Of a DNA stretch of 64,000 nucleotides, positions 27,897 through 37,299 are shown piece by piece; the first letter of the stretch is position 1, and every line of letters starts with the position of its first letter. The notes beneath the pieces were generated by a model that searched no databases, was not told the DNA's origin, and was given only the letters and a program-made list of their open reading frames with translations. Location: contig CAZXID010000001.1 in the NCBI GenBank assembly GCA_964640325.1, positions 3,994 through 67,993 of the forward strand. The letters run 5' to 3'. This stretch comes from an uncultured Muribaculaceae bacterium. Its GTDB lineage: Bacteria > Cyanobacteriota > Vampirovibrionia > Gastranaerophilales > Gastranaerophilaceae. The position numbers and the translations under genes were made by a program.

Positions 27897-28589
27897 ATGA
27901 GAAAAAACAGAAAAAATGATGAATTAAGAAAAATTAAATTTACAAAAAATTATACCAAACACGCGCTTGGCTCTGTTTTGGTAGAATTTGGAGATACAAA
28001 AGTAATCACAACCGCTTCGGTCGAATTTGAAAAACCCAGATGGATGCCAAGAGACGCAAAAAGCGGCTGGGTAACCGCCGAATATTCACTTTTGCCCTCT
28101 TCAACAAGCACAAGATGTAAAAGAGAAAGAACAAGTGTTTCGGGCAGAACGCAAGAAATTCAACGACTTATCGGAAGGAGCCTGAGAGCTTGCGTTGATT
28201 TGGAAAAAATGCCCGACATTACAATAATCGTTGATGCAGATGTTATCCAAGCAGACGGCGGCACAAGAACCGCAAGCATTTGCGGTGGGTTCCTCGCCCT
28301 TCAAGAGGCGATTAAAAAATTGATTAAAGAAAAAAAACTTGAACAAAACCCTATAATTGAGCCTTTGGGCGCTATTTCAGCAGGGATTGTCGAAGGCAAA
28401 GTGATGCTTGATTTAAATTACGAAGAAGATTCATCCGCACAGGCAGATGCTAACCTTGTTATGACAAAAAGCGGCAAAATAGTTGAATTCCAAACCACCG
28501 CCGAAGGTCATCCTTTCAGCGAAAAACAATTGCTTGAAGTTTTAAAAATTGCCAAAAAAGGCATAAAAGAAATTTTTGAAAAATATTGA
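27897..28589 (+). CDS. rph: Ribonuclease PH
   Basis: 230 aa with family motifs (GSVLVEFGDTKV, SGRTQEIQRLIGRSLR, DADVIQADGGTRTASI). Confidence 0.9.
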   Translation: MRKNRKNDELRKIKFTKNYTKHALGSVLVEFGDTKVITTASVEFEKPRWMPRDAKSGWVTAEYSLLPSSTSTRCKRERTSVSGRTQEIQRLIGRSLRACVDLEKMPDITIIVDADVIQADGGTRTASICGGFLALQEAIKKLIKEKKLEQNPIIEPLGAISAGIVEGKVMLDLNYEEDSSAQADANLVMTKSGKIVEFQTTAEGHPFSEKQLLEVLKIAKKGIKEIFEKY

Positions 28590-28630
28590 TTTATTGGGAT
28601 TTATTAGTTTTTTAGGGCTGATTTTGCTTT

Positions 28631-29353
28631 TTAAGGGTTCAAAATAATCTTTGCTTCAACATCTTTTCGTATACTTAAAGATTTTTTTAAGCTGTCAACA
28701 AGTTCTGCTGCTGTTTTTGCCGAATAAAACTTTCCTGTTGTAACAAGCGCTGCGCACTTTAATTGGTCTAAGTCTTCTTTATCGTCAATGTTAAAAGCTA
28801 TTACGTCAATTTTTACATCGCTCCTTGTTTTTATTAATTCCATTGCCCACAGGCATGGGCTTTCGTCACAATTTTCACCGCCGTCTGTCAGCAAAATTAT
28901 ATGTTTTTGACCACTGAAGCCTAAAAAGTCCGAATACACCGCTTTATTCAACGAATAAGTAATCGGTGTCATGCCTTTGGGATGGGTTTTTGCAAGTTTC
29001 ATCTCAATTTCGGCGGCACTTGCAGCAGTTATAGGAACAAGCAGAGAGCTTGCTTTACATGCATCATACTGAGTAAACCCTTGTCTGTTGCCATAGACTC
29101 TGAGTCCGACTTGTTTTTTTTTGTCTATAAAAGGCAAAATTTGCGACATGGTTTTTAGCATCAAGTCCACTTTTTTTTCTTTGCCTAAATATTCATCCAT
29201 GCTTCCTGAAAAATCAAGTATGAAAAGTATTTTTTCATCTGTGTCGTAGAGTTTATTTTTGTCAAAGTCTCCGGGTTGATAGACGTTATAATTTTGTGCA
29301 AAGACAATTCCGGTAAGACATAAAAATGTTAAAGTTAAAATAAAATTTCTCAT
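28631..29353 (-). CDS. Secreted von Willebrand factor A (VWA) domain protein
   Basis: Signal peptide, then the MIDAS-type motif LDFSGSM and later LLTDGGEN. Confidence 0.75.
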   Translation of the reverse strand: MRNFILTLTFLCLTGIVFAQNYNVYQPGDFDKNKLYDTDEKILFILDFSGSMDEYLGKEKKVDLMLKTMSQILPFIDKKKQVGLRVYGNRQGFTQYDACKASSLLVPITAASAAEIEMKLAKTHPKGMTPITYSLNKAVYSDFLGFSGQKHIILLTDGGENCDESPCLWAMELIKTRSDVKIDVIAFNIDDKEDLDQLKCAALVTTGKFYSAKTAAELVDSLKKSLSIRKDVEAKIILNP

Positions 29354-29442
29354 AATCTTTTTTTAAATCAAATAAAAATTTTTCCCAATCCCCGACAGGG
29401 TAAATAGTTGAAAATTAAAAACAATTAAAATACAATAGAATA

Positions 29443-30669
29443 ATGAACAGCACCGAAATAATTAAAAATACTCAATTGCAATTACAAAAGCAGTTTGAAA
29501 TAATCGATGAAATAAGAGATTTTAACCAAAAAAAAGTCCTTGATGCTTTTGTCGAAAATAAAGTAGCAGCCGAACATTTTATGACAGTATCAGGCTACGG
29601 ACACGATGATATTGGCAGACAAACTTTGGACGAAGTTTTTGCCCATGTCCTTAGGGCTGAAAAAGCCGTTGTAAGAAACCATTTTGTATCAGGAACACAC
29701 GCACTTGCCTGCTGTCTTTTCGGTAACCTTCGTCATGGTGAAAAGCTTATATCGGTTGCAGGCGCGCCCTACGATACAATGGAAGAAGTTATCGGCACAC
29801 GCGGTGACAGGCGCGCATCTTTAATCGGGCATGGTATTTTATACGAAGAAATTCCCTTAAAAAATGGCATGGAAGTTGATTTTGAACTTCTTGAAAAAAC
29901 TATTGATACAACATGCAAAATGGTATTAATACAGCGTTCCAGAGGGTATTCTCTGAGAAAATCTCTTGATATTTCAACAATAGAAAAGATTATACATATG
30001 GTTAAAAGCAAGAATCATGACTGTATCTGTTTTGTGGATAATTGTTACGGCGAATTTTGCGAAAAACAAGAACCGCTTGAGGTTGGAGCTGATTTAATCG
30101 CAGGCTCCTTGATAAAAAATCCCGGCGGCGGAATAGTCGAAGCAGGCGGATACATAGCGGGAAAACAAGAATTTGTCGAGCAGGCGGCAATGAGGTTGAC
30201 AGCACCCGGTATCGGTTCAGAAGGCGGTGCGATGCTTAATCAATCCCGATTAATTTTTCAAGGATTTTTTATGGCACCTTCGATTGTCTCTGAAGCCTTA
30301 AAAGGTGCTATTCTAGCGGCAAAAGTTTTTGAAGAAATGGGATATATTTCAACTCCCAAATTTGACGAAAAAAGAACGGACATAATTCAAACCATAACAT
30401 TTAACGCCCAAAAACCTTTGGAAGATTTCTGCAAAACAATTCAGGAGCTATCACCTGTTAATTCTTACGTTACTCCTATCCCTGATTACATTCCTGGCTA
30501 TGAGGACAGTGTGATTATGGCAGGCGGAACTTTTATCGAGGGCTCTACAATAGAGTTATCGGCAGACGGGCCTGTCAGGGCACCGTATGCAGCATATATG
30601 CAAGGCGGGTTGAGTTATGCTCATGTCAAAATAGTCATTCAAGGGATTATTGATAAATTAAGTAGTTAA
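29443..30669 (+). CDS. ynbB: YnbB / aluminium-resistance family PLP-dependent protein (Met gamma-lyase-like fold)
   Basis: 408 aa. Family-typical N-terminus (VSGYGHDDIGRQTLDEVFA) and SLIKNPGGG segment. Confidence 0.75.
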   Translation: MNSTEIIKNTQLQLQKQFEIIDEIRDFNQKKVLDAFVENKVAAEHFMTVSGYGHDDIGRQTLDEVFAHVLRAEKAVVRNHFVSGTHALACCLFGNLRHGEKLISVAGAPYDTMEEVIGTRGDRRASLIGHGILYEEIPLKNGMEVDFELLEKTIDTTCKMVLIQRSRGYSLRKSLDISTIEKIIHMVKSKNHDCICFVDNCYGEFCEKQEPLEVGADLIAGSLIKNPGGGIVEAGGYIAGKQEFVEQAAMRLTAPGIGSEGGAMLNQSRLIFQGFFMAPSIVSEALKGAILAAKVFEEMGYISTPKFDEKRTDIIQTITFNAQKPLEDFCKTIQELSPVNSYVTPIPDYIPGYEDSVIMAGGTFIEGSTIELSADGPVRAPYAAYMQGGLSYAHVKIVIQGIIDKLSS

Positions 30670-30751
30670 ATTTTTAATCTTTAGATTATTTTTTTATACC
30701 CTGTTGTCGAATTTATTTTGTGATTTTATTCAATAGAATAAAATTAAGAAT

Positions 30752-30788
30752 AGGGCTGGATTAATTTAAGAAAAATTAATCCAGCCCT
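30752..30788. terminator. Perfect 14-bp hairpin (AGGGCTGGATTAAT / ATTAATCCAGCCCT) between ynbB and the radical-SAM gene
   Basis: Read directly from the sequence. There is no clean T-tract on the plus strand, so a terminator role is tentative. Confidence 0.45.
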
Positions 30789-30812
30789 ATAGTACACAAA
30801 TGAGGGGGTTAC

Positions 30813-31625
30813 ATGAGCATAATTACAGCACCGGTTTCGCAAATGGAAGAATTGAAAAATCTTTATATAGAGCTTACTGCAAAAAGTTGCAATCAGCGGT
30901 GTAAACATTGCTATATCGATTTTCCTATGACAAAAAAGGTGAAAGATTTTATTTCTATTGATAAAATAAAACAGGCATTGGTCGACACAAAAAATGAAGA
31001 TTTGGAGTGCATTTATTTCACAGGCGCAGAGCCTATGACACATCCGGAGTTCAACTCTATTTTAAGGTTGTGTTTGAAACGTTGTGATGTTTGCATTTGT
31101 ACAAATGCAAGCTTTATAAATGAAAAAAAGGCACGTTTTTTAAAGAAAGTCGAAGAAGAAAGTTCTAATGAAATATTTTTTAAATTAAGTTTAGATCATT
31201 TTGATGAAATCAAAAATGACAATATCCGAGGCAGAGGCACTTACAGACAAACGATTAATGCTATAAAAAGCCTTATAAAATACGATTTTAATCCGATTTT
31301 AAGTATAGTAAATTATTATAATGAAGACGAAAAAATTCTTTTACAGGAATTTAAGAAAATATGCGAAAAAATAGGATTTGAAACACTTTTTGGAAATTTC
31401 GAGATAAATAACTGCTATAATAAATATTCTCAACAATACGGAATTGTAGAAAATATTTCAGAAGAAATTATTTGTAAAAATAGTAGAATACTTACCAATA
31501 AGGGTATTTATGTGTGCCCTTTTTTGACAAATGATCATAGAGGACGGATGGGCAGCAGTTTTCTTGATTACAGTAAAAAAATGCCGTTGGAAACGAATTT
31601 TTGCTGTATATGTAATAAAAAATAA
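30813..31625 (+). CDS. Radical SAM protein with a C-terminal Cys-rich (SPASM/twitch-like) tail, substrate unknown
   Basis: CNQRCKHC (CX3CX2C) near the N-terminus. C-terminal CKNS...YVCPF...CCIC. GAGGGGG RBS before the ATG. Confidence 0.75.
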   Translation: MSIITAPVSQMEELKNLYIELTAKSCNQRCKHCYIDFPMTKKVKDFISIDKIKQALVDTKNEDLECIYFTGAEPMTHPEFNSILRLCLKRCDVCICTNASFINEKKARFLKKVEEESSNEIFFKLSLDHFDEIKNDNIRGRGTYRQTINAIKSLIKYDFNPILSIVNYYNEDEKILLQEFKKICEKIGFETLFGNFEINNCYNKYSQQYGIVENISEEIICKNSRILTNKGIYVCPFLTNDHRGRMGSSFLDYSKKMPLETNFCCICNKK

Positions 31626-31627
31626 AA

Positions 31628-32191
31628 TTATTTTTCGCTATAGAGTCTTAGTTGCATATTTATCATCAGAATTTTTTTGTTTTTAGGGTATGGTACAAGT
31701 TCAATTTTGTCAATATTTAACAGGTACGGATATTTATAGATGTCTTTTAAAAAAGTTGACAAATCGGAATAGTCCGCAACCATTTGCATGCTGACTTGAC
31801 AGACATTATATTTTGCTGCTGCACCTTTAACAAATTCATCTTCAGGCGGATTATAGACATATTCTACAGAATAAAACTTTATTCCGTTGTATTTTGCCAT
31901 TTCAATTATGTCATCAAACAGTACCGTAGAAGCTCCTTCGGCATCAAGTCCTGATACTTCCGGTTTGAATATTTTTTTGGCTTGGCCTGCAATTTTAACC
32001 TGACTTTCCATAGAGCCTGTTTTGAGTGTTTCAAGTTTTCTTTCGGTGTCGGCAAGCTCAGTACTTTTTGTGGAAATATCTTTTTCTACAGAAATCAATT
32101 CTACAACTATGGGCTGTGTTTTGAAGATTACATAAACAAAGGCCATAATCATAAAAACTATATATAAAACTGCATCTTTATATTTTTGCAC
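31628..32191 (-). CDS. PilO-like type IV pilus assembly protein (tentative)
   Basis: Single N-terminal TM helix, a coiled-coil segment, then a ~100-aa globular domain. Lies directly downstream of the PilM-PilN fusion. Confidence 0.45.
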   Translation of the reverse strand: MQKYKDAVLYIVFMIMAFVYVIFKTQPIVVELISVEKDISTKSTELADTERKLETLKTGSMESQVKIAGQAKKIFKPEVSGLDAEGASTVLFDDIIEMAKYNGIKFYSVEYVYNPPEDEFVKGAAAKYNVCQVSMQMVADYSDLSTFLKDIYKYPYLLNIDKIELVPYPKNKKILMINMQLRLYSEK

Positions 32192-32200
32192 TTTTTCTCC

Positions 32201-34024
32201 CTAAAACTTATCTATTTTTTGTAAATTATTCGGTAATTTATCTGACGGCGGTGACGAAGGAGTTGTTGTCGGCGGTGTCGGCGTCGACGTCGCCGCCGGG
32301 TTTTGAGTTTGATTGTTAGTATCACTTTTAGACCCGAATAGAGGCTTACTGAAATCAAATAGAGGTTTTTGTTGATTTGTTTGGCTTTGTTCGGTTCCTT
32401 GACTTTGGCTTGCCGCTGCGGCCTGAGGATTAAGCTCCGTTTCTGTCATGTTTGTTATTTCAAAATCGTAAAATTTTGGACCTGAAGAAGGCTCTGATAT
32501 TAAATCATCAACGGAATCAGAAGCCAGTTCAAGTTTATAAAGTCTTACATTTGAATTATTTACCAGTTGTTTTATACTTTTATAAAAAGTGTAAATGCTT
32601 CCTACATCATTTGAGCGGCCTTTTATATCTACTCCTCCTGTGGAGTTTGTCATATAATAATTAATCCACAATTTGCTTGGGATACTCATTCCAACCGCTT
32701 CATAGTAAAAAAGTTTGGTTCTGTTGGAAACAGTTATTGAATTTATTGCGGCATTTAAATCAAACGCAGCACCGGATGATAGGTCAGAGTATTTTTTTAT
32801 TTCAGCTGTATTTTGTTGTATTTTATTATTTATTTCTGTAAGCTTGCTTTTTTCCTGCTCTAAATATTTGCCAAGGCCAAATGCGATTAAAATTGTAGGA
32901 ATAATTAGTGCCAAGCCTATTACTATAGATATTTTTTTTACAAAATCGCAAGTCAATTCTACATCTACGCCGCCTATATTAACAACAGGATAAGTCCCGC
33001 TCATTGCAGTTGCACCGTCTTCTCCTGATTCATCTGCTTGTCCTGTGAGATTAAATTTTAAAGGGAAGTCTGATGAAGTATAGATGGCGCTGCCTATAAC
33101 CATAGGTGTTATTTGTAACGCGGTATTGGGTAGAATGTTTAAATCCGCAGTTAAAATAGGCTCTTGTGCATATTTGTTACTTTCTAAAAATTTAATTTCG
33201 CCATCAAAAGGAATTCTCATTGATAAAACTTCGGCACTAACCAAATCTGTTTCAGAAACAATATAAAGAGATGAGGCGTTCATGTCAACAAGAGTAACCT
33301 TTGCCGATGCTGTAATTACATTATATACTTCATCTTCGCTAAAGGATTTTAATGCTAAGGGTTCTTCATAGTATTCCATTATTTTTTTGCCAAACATACC
33401 AAAAATGGAATAGCTGTTTTGTCCTGCCACCATAAGAATCCAGCTGTTATTCTCTTTCATTTCTTCTGCAGACAAATTTGAAAAAGATAAAGCCTTAAAT
33501 ATTGACGTAAGAGAAGTTTCTATGGCTAAAAGTGTGCAGCCGACTTCTTTACATGATGCCTTTAATCCATCTATGACGTTTTTTTGAATTGCAGTATATG
33601 CTAAAGTTCTTCTTTCGGAATCTATATTCGAACCTATTTCTCTCCAACTTATTGAGGGTTCGAACCTTTTAAAAATATAAGATTGCTCGACTTCGGAAAC
33701 AATGGCACTGTTGACTGCTTCATCTGTTAATAAAATCGGTAGATTGATTATTCCAAATGCTATATTTGGAATCGTTATTACTATATTGCTTTTTCTGGGG
33801 AGGTGTAATTCATCAAACAGACTGCCAAGAGCTTCTTGAAACGCGATATAATCTTCTATATCTCTGTTTGTATGGTTATATTCAAGCGGTCTGTGAGCAT
33901 ATTTAAGAACTGTTTTGGTGTTTTTATCCACCTCAATCATTTCCAAACCTACTCCGGGTGTGATTGAAACCCCTATTGTTGGCTTGGTACTGGCTCCCAA
34001 TTTTGATAAAAAATCTTTAATCAT
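32201..34024 (-). CDS. PilM-PilN fusion protein (type IV pilus assembly) with a Ser/Thr/Pro/Gln-rich C-terminal tail
   Basis: N-terminal actin-like ATPase-fold region (IGVSITPGVGLEMIEVD...). Central TM helix (ISIVIGLALIIPTILIAFGLG), coiled coil and a PilN-like domain (SKLWINYYM...VDIKGRS). Low-complexity tail NQTQNPAATSTPTPPTTTPSSPPS. Confidence 0.55.
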   Translation of the reverse strand: MIKDFLSKLGASTKPTIGVSITPGVGLEMIEVDKNTKTVLKYAHRPLEYNHTNRDIEDYIAFQEALGSLFDELHLPRKSNIVITIPNIAFGIINLPILLTDEAVNSAIVSEVEQSYIFKRFEPSISWREIGSNIDSERRTLAYTAIQKNVIDGLKASCKEVGCTLLAIETSLTSIFKALSFSNLSAEEMKENNSWILMVAGQNSYSIFGMFGKKIMEYYEEPLALKSFSEDEVYNVITASAKVTLVDMNASSLYIVSETDLVSAEVLSMRIPFDGEIKFLESNKYAQEPILTADLNILPNTALQITPMVIGSAIYTSSDFPLKFNLTGQADESGEDGATAMSGTYPVVNIGGVDVELTCDFVKKISIVIGLALIIPTILIAFGLGKYLEQEKSKLTEINNKIQQNTAEIKKYSDLSSGAAFDLNAAINSITVSNRTKLFYYEAVGMSIPSKLWINYYMTNSTGGVDIKGRSNDVGSIYTFYKSIKQLVNNSNVRLYKLELASDSVDDLISEPSSGPKFYDFEITNMTETELNPQAAAASQSQGTEQSQTNQQKPLFDFSKPLFGSKSDTNNQTQNPAATSTPTPPTTTPSSPPSDKLPNNLQKIDKF

Positions 34025-34117
34025 AAACCTTAAATTTGTTACCTAATTCATTTTTATTATACAATATATTTTATCATAAGCACATTTTAAACATAACTTT
34101 ACATCTTTTAAAGAAAA

Positions 34118-35017
34118 ATGATAGAAGAAATATTAAAACTAAAAAAAGAGAAAAATGCGGTAATTTTAGCGCATTGTTATCAAAATATCGAAATTGACGA
34201 AATTGCCGATTTTGTCGGTGATTCTTTGTATTTGAGCCAACAGGCTGCAAAAACCGATGCTGATATTATTGTTTTTGCCGGAGTTTATTTTATGGCAGAA
34301 ACGGCAAAAATTTTATCTCCTGATAAAAAAGTTTTGCTTCCGCGAATGGAATCAGGTTGTCAGATGGCAGATATGATAAATTTGGCGCAGTTGAGGGAAT
34401 TTAAATTTAAAAATCCTAATGTACCGACTGTATGTTATGTGAATTCAACTGCTGAGGTTAAATCCGAATGTGATATTTGCTGCACCAGCTCAAACGCGGT
34501 AAAAATTGTTTCGAGTCTGAATTCAAAAGAAGTTTTGTTTTTGCCTGATACTTATTTGGGCAAATGGGTTGAAAGTCAATTGGAAGGCGTTAAAGTTATA
34601 ACTTTCCCCGGACATTGTCCTACGCATTTGAGAATTACCAAAGAAGATATCATAAATCAAAAAAGAAATTACCCTGAAGCATTGGTTTTAGCTCATCCTG
34701 AGTGTCATCAAACTGTTGCTGAAATGGCAGATTATGTAGGAAGCACAACCGGTATTATGAAATTTGCAAAAGAAAGTGATAAAAAGGAATTTATTATAGC
34801 AACTGAGATTGGCGTTGTAGAAAGACTTGAAAGAGATTGTCCGGATAAACAATTTGTTCTCGCCTCGCCAAGGGCAATTTGTCATAATATGAAATGGCAT
34901 CACTTGGAAGACATTTATAATGCGCTCAAATATGAACAGTATGAAATCAATGTTGATGAACAGATTTCTAAAAAGGCAGTTAATTGCATTAACAGGATGT
35001 TAGAGGTTAGCAGATAA
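34118..35017 (+). CDS. nadA: Quinolinate synthase
   Basis: 299 aa. AHCYQ..EI...ADFVGDSL, YFMAETAKIL and the conserved Cys positions. Confidence 0.95.
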   Translation: MIEEILKLKKEKNAVILAHCYQNIEIDEIADFVGDSLYLSQQAAKTDADIIVFAGVYFMAETAKILSPDKKVLLPRMESGCQMADMINLAQLREFKFKNPNVPTVCYVNSTAEVKSECDICCTSSNAVKIVSSLNSKEVLFLPDTYLGKWVESQLEGVKVITFPGHCPTHLRITKEDIINQKRNYPEALVLAHPECHQTVAEMADYVGSTTGIMKFAKESDKKEFIIATEIGVVERLERDCPDKQFVLASPRAICHNMKWHHLEDIYNALKYEQYEINVDEQISKKAVNCINRMLEVSR

Positions 35018-35024
35018 TAAATAT

Positions 35025-35430
35025 TTTTGTCGTTGCGAGGAAGAAATTTATTTCTGACGAAGCAATCCCAAAAGCGGCTAAGAAAAAATTGATAAATATC
35101 AAGATTTAATCAACTTATCAGATTTTTTGAATAGCGAATACTGATAAGATCCTGAAACAAGTTCAGGATGACGTGTTTTTTTGAGTTATTTCGTTCGCAA
35201 TGACAGGAATAAAAAATTTTCCGACCTTGTCGGAGTGAATAATTGTCACTTAACAAAACAACATCAAAGCGAGTGTGTTTGAGCGGGTAATCAACGAAAA
35301 TAATGAATACCACGAAAAGCGTAGCGAGTTCGCGAGCTTGAGTTGAGTTTAGTGACAGTTAATGAACGAAGATCTAGGTCGTGGCTTTTGCGCCGCTTTT
35401 GCCACCAAAAGCGGCTAAAGAAAAAATATA
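35025..35430. repeat. Dense cluster of REP-like elements bracketed by a 22/23-nt direct repeat
   Basis: Family A copy GTCGTTGCGAGG...GACGAAGCAATCC (35037-35069). Hairpin CCTGAAACAAGTTCAGGATGACG (35150-35172). Half-site CGTTCGCAATGAC (about 35202-35214). 10-bp hairpin GCCGCTTTTG-CCAC-CAAAAGCGGC (35387-35410). CCAAAAGCGGCTAAGAAAAAAT (35068-35089) is repeated as CCAAAAGCGGCTAAAGAAAAAAT (35405-35427). Confidence 0.8.
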
Positions 35431-35472
35431 AGAAATAAAAATAACAAACTGTATTTATTGTATAATCATTTT

Positions 35473-36249
35473 ATGGAAAATCAACAATCAGAAATCATCT
35501 ACGGAAAAAATTCAGTCTTAGAGGCTTTGATTTCAGACAAACGTGAAATCAACAAAATTTTGATTGCAAACAATATCCACAGCGATAACAAATTAAACGA
35601 AATAAAAAAACTCGCCCAACAAAAAGGTATTGTTTTTCAATTTGTTGCAAAAGAAAAATTGGGGCTAAATGTAGGGGTAAATGAGGCTCATCAAGGGGTA
35701 ATGGCTTTGATTTCGCCGATAAAATATACCGATTTGGATGAATTCTTAGAGCAAAAACACGAAAACGCCTCGCTGGTAATTTTGGACGGAATAGAAGATT
35801 CCCACAATCTTGGCGCAATAATAAGAACTTGTGTTTGTGCCGGCGTTAGCGCAATAATAATTCCTTCAAGGAGAAATGTTCAGGTTAATTCCACTGTAGA
35901 AAAAACTTCTGCCGGTGCTGTTAATCACATTCCCATAATAAAAGTAAATAGCCTGATAAGTGCTGTTCAAAAATTAAAAAATAACGACTGGTGGGTAATT
36001 GCCACAGAAGCGTCTGCCAAAGATAATTATTATAACATCGATTACACAGGCATGAATTTTGCACTTGTAATGGGCGCAGAACATGCAGGAGTTTCAAGAG
36101 CAATAATCAAAGAGGCGGATTTTTTAGTTAAAATTCCGATGGAAAATGACTTTAATTCGCTTAATGTATCAAACGCGCTCAGCGCAATAATTTTTGAGAC
36201 ACTTCGACAAAAAAACGAAAAATGTAGTATAATAAATTCAAAGAGTTAA
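35473..36249 (+). CDS. rlmB: TrmH-family 23S rRNA (guanosine-2'-O)-methyltransferase RlmB
   Basis: [27 protein letters not shown] and the C-terminal SPOUT knot motifs ([25 protein letters not shown]). The ATG at 35473 is preferred over the TTG at 35458. Confidence 0.85.
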   Translation: MENQQSEIIYGKNSVLEALISDKREINKILIANNIHSDNKLNEIKKLAQQKGIVFQFVAKEKLGLNVGVNEAHQGVMALISPIKYTDLDEFLEQKHENASLVILDGIEDSHNLGAIIRTCVCAGVSAIIIPSRRNVQVNSTVEKTSAGAVNHIPIIKVNSLISAVQKLKNNDWWVIATEASAKDNYYNIDYTGMNFALVMGAEHAGVSRAIIKEADFLVKIPMENDFNSLNVSNALSAIIFETLRQKNEKCSIINSKS

Positions 36250-36262
36250 CGGAGTTTTTGCA

Positions 36263-37258
36263 ATGCCTAACGAAAAAGAACAATTAATAGACATTGAAGA
36301 TAATGTTTCGGAATCAGAATCTGTAGATTTTTCTAAACTGGAAGAGGAAGAAGATATTCTTGATTCTGTCGAGGAACCAAAAATTCAGGAAAACTTAACT
36401 TCAATAAATACCGATGATTCCGTTCGTATTTACCTTCAGCAGATAGGGAAAATTCCTTTGCTTTCTTCCGAGGAAGAACTTCAAATCGCACGAAAGGTTA
36501 AAGAAGAACATTGCGAAATGTCTAAAAACATTCTTGTCAATGCCAATTTAAGACTTGTGGTAAGCATTGCTAAAAAATACATAGGCCGCGGGCTTTCTTT
36601 TCTTGATTTAATTCAAGAAGGAAATATGGGGCTGATGAAAGCAGCCGAAAGGTTTGATTACACAAAAGGATACAAGTTTTCGACCTATGCTACATGGTGG
36701 GTGCAACAGGCAATAACTCGCTCAATAGCTGATAAGGCAAGAATTATAAGGCTTCCTATTCACATGATTGAGTCTTTAAGCAAAATCAGAAAAGCAACAA
36801 TTGATTTAACAACAGAATTGGGGCGCACTCCAACAAAGCAGGAAATAGCTTACAGATTGGGGCTTTCTGTTTCAAAATTAACTTCTCTTGTTAAATCTGC
36901 GCAATCGACTATAAGCATTGAAACGCCGGCCAATCAAAAAGAAGATTCTACAAAAATTGCCGATTACATAGTAGATGAAAGTACAATTACTCCCGACAGT
37001 AGGGTTTCGCAGGAAAATCTTTTTGATGATATAAGAAAAATGCTAGGGCAACTCAGCCCAAAAGAAAGAGATGTTTTGATTTTGCGCTACGGTCTTGACA
37101 ATAACGGAACTAAAAAAACTCTTGATGAAATCGGCTCTCAATACGGAGTTTCAAGAGAAAGAATAAGACAAATCGAAAATAGGGCTATTTCAAAGCTCAA
37201 AAAACTTTGTAAAAATACAAATCTAACAAGAGGGCTGAAAAACTATTTTGGCGGATAA
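36263..37258 (+). CDS. RNA polymerase sigma-70 family factor (group 1/2, RpoD/SigA-like)
   Basis: Region 2 ([27 protein letters not shown]), regions 3 and 4 ([26 protein letters not shown]). Acidic N-terminal region. Confidence 0.9.
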   Translation: MPNEKEQLIDIEDNVSESESVDFSKLEEEEDILDSVEEPKIQENLTSINTDDSVRIYLQQIGKIPLLSSEEELQIARKVKEEHCEMSKNILVNANLRLVVSIAKKYIGRGLSFLDLIQEGNMGLMKAAERFDYTKGYKFSTYATWWVQQAITRSIADKARIIRLPIHMIESLSKIRKATIDLTTELGRTPTKQEIAYRLGLSVSKLTSLVKSAQSTISIETPANQKEDSTKIADYIVDESTITPDSRVSQENLFDDIRKMLGQLSPKERDVLILRYGLDNNGTKKTLDEIGSQYGVSRERIRQIENRAISKLKKLCKNTNLTRGLKNYFGG

Positions 37259-37299
37259 ATGCTTTTGGTGGCAATATCTGTTTTTAAATTTTTACTCAA

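Noticed and set aside
35110-35313. 67-aa minus-strand ORF in the nadA-rlmB spacer
   Set aside because: Its sequence (…CHCERN…, …VILNLFQDLI…) is the translation of REP hairpins that recur in non-coding positions. It has no RBS.
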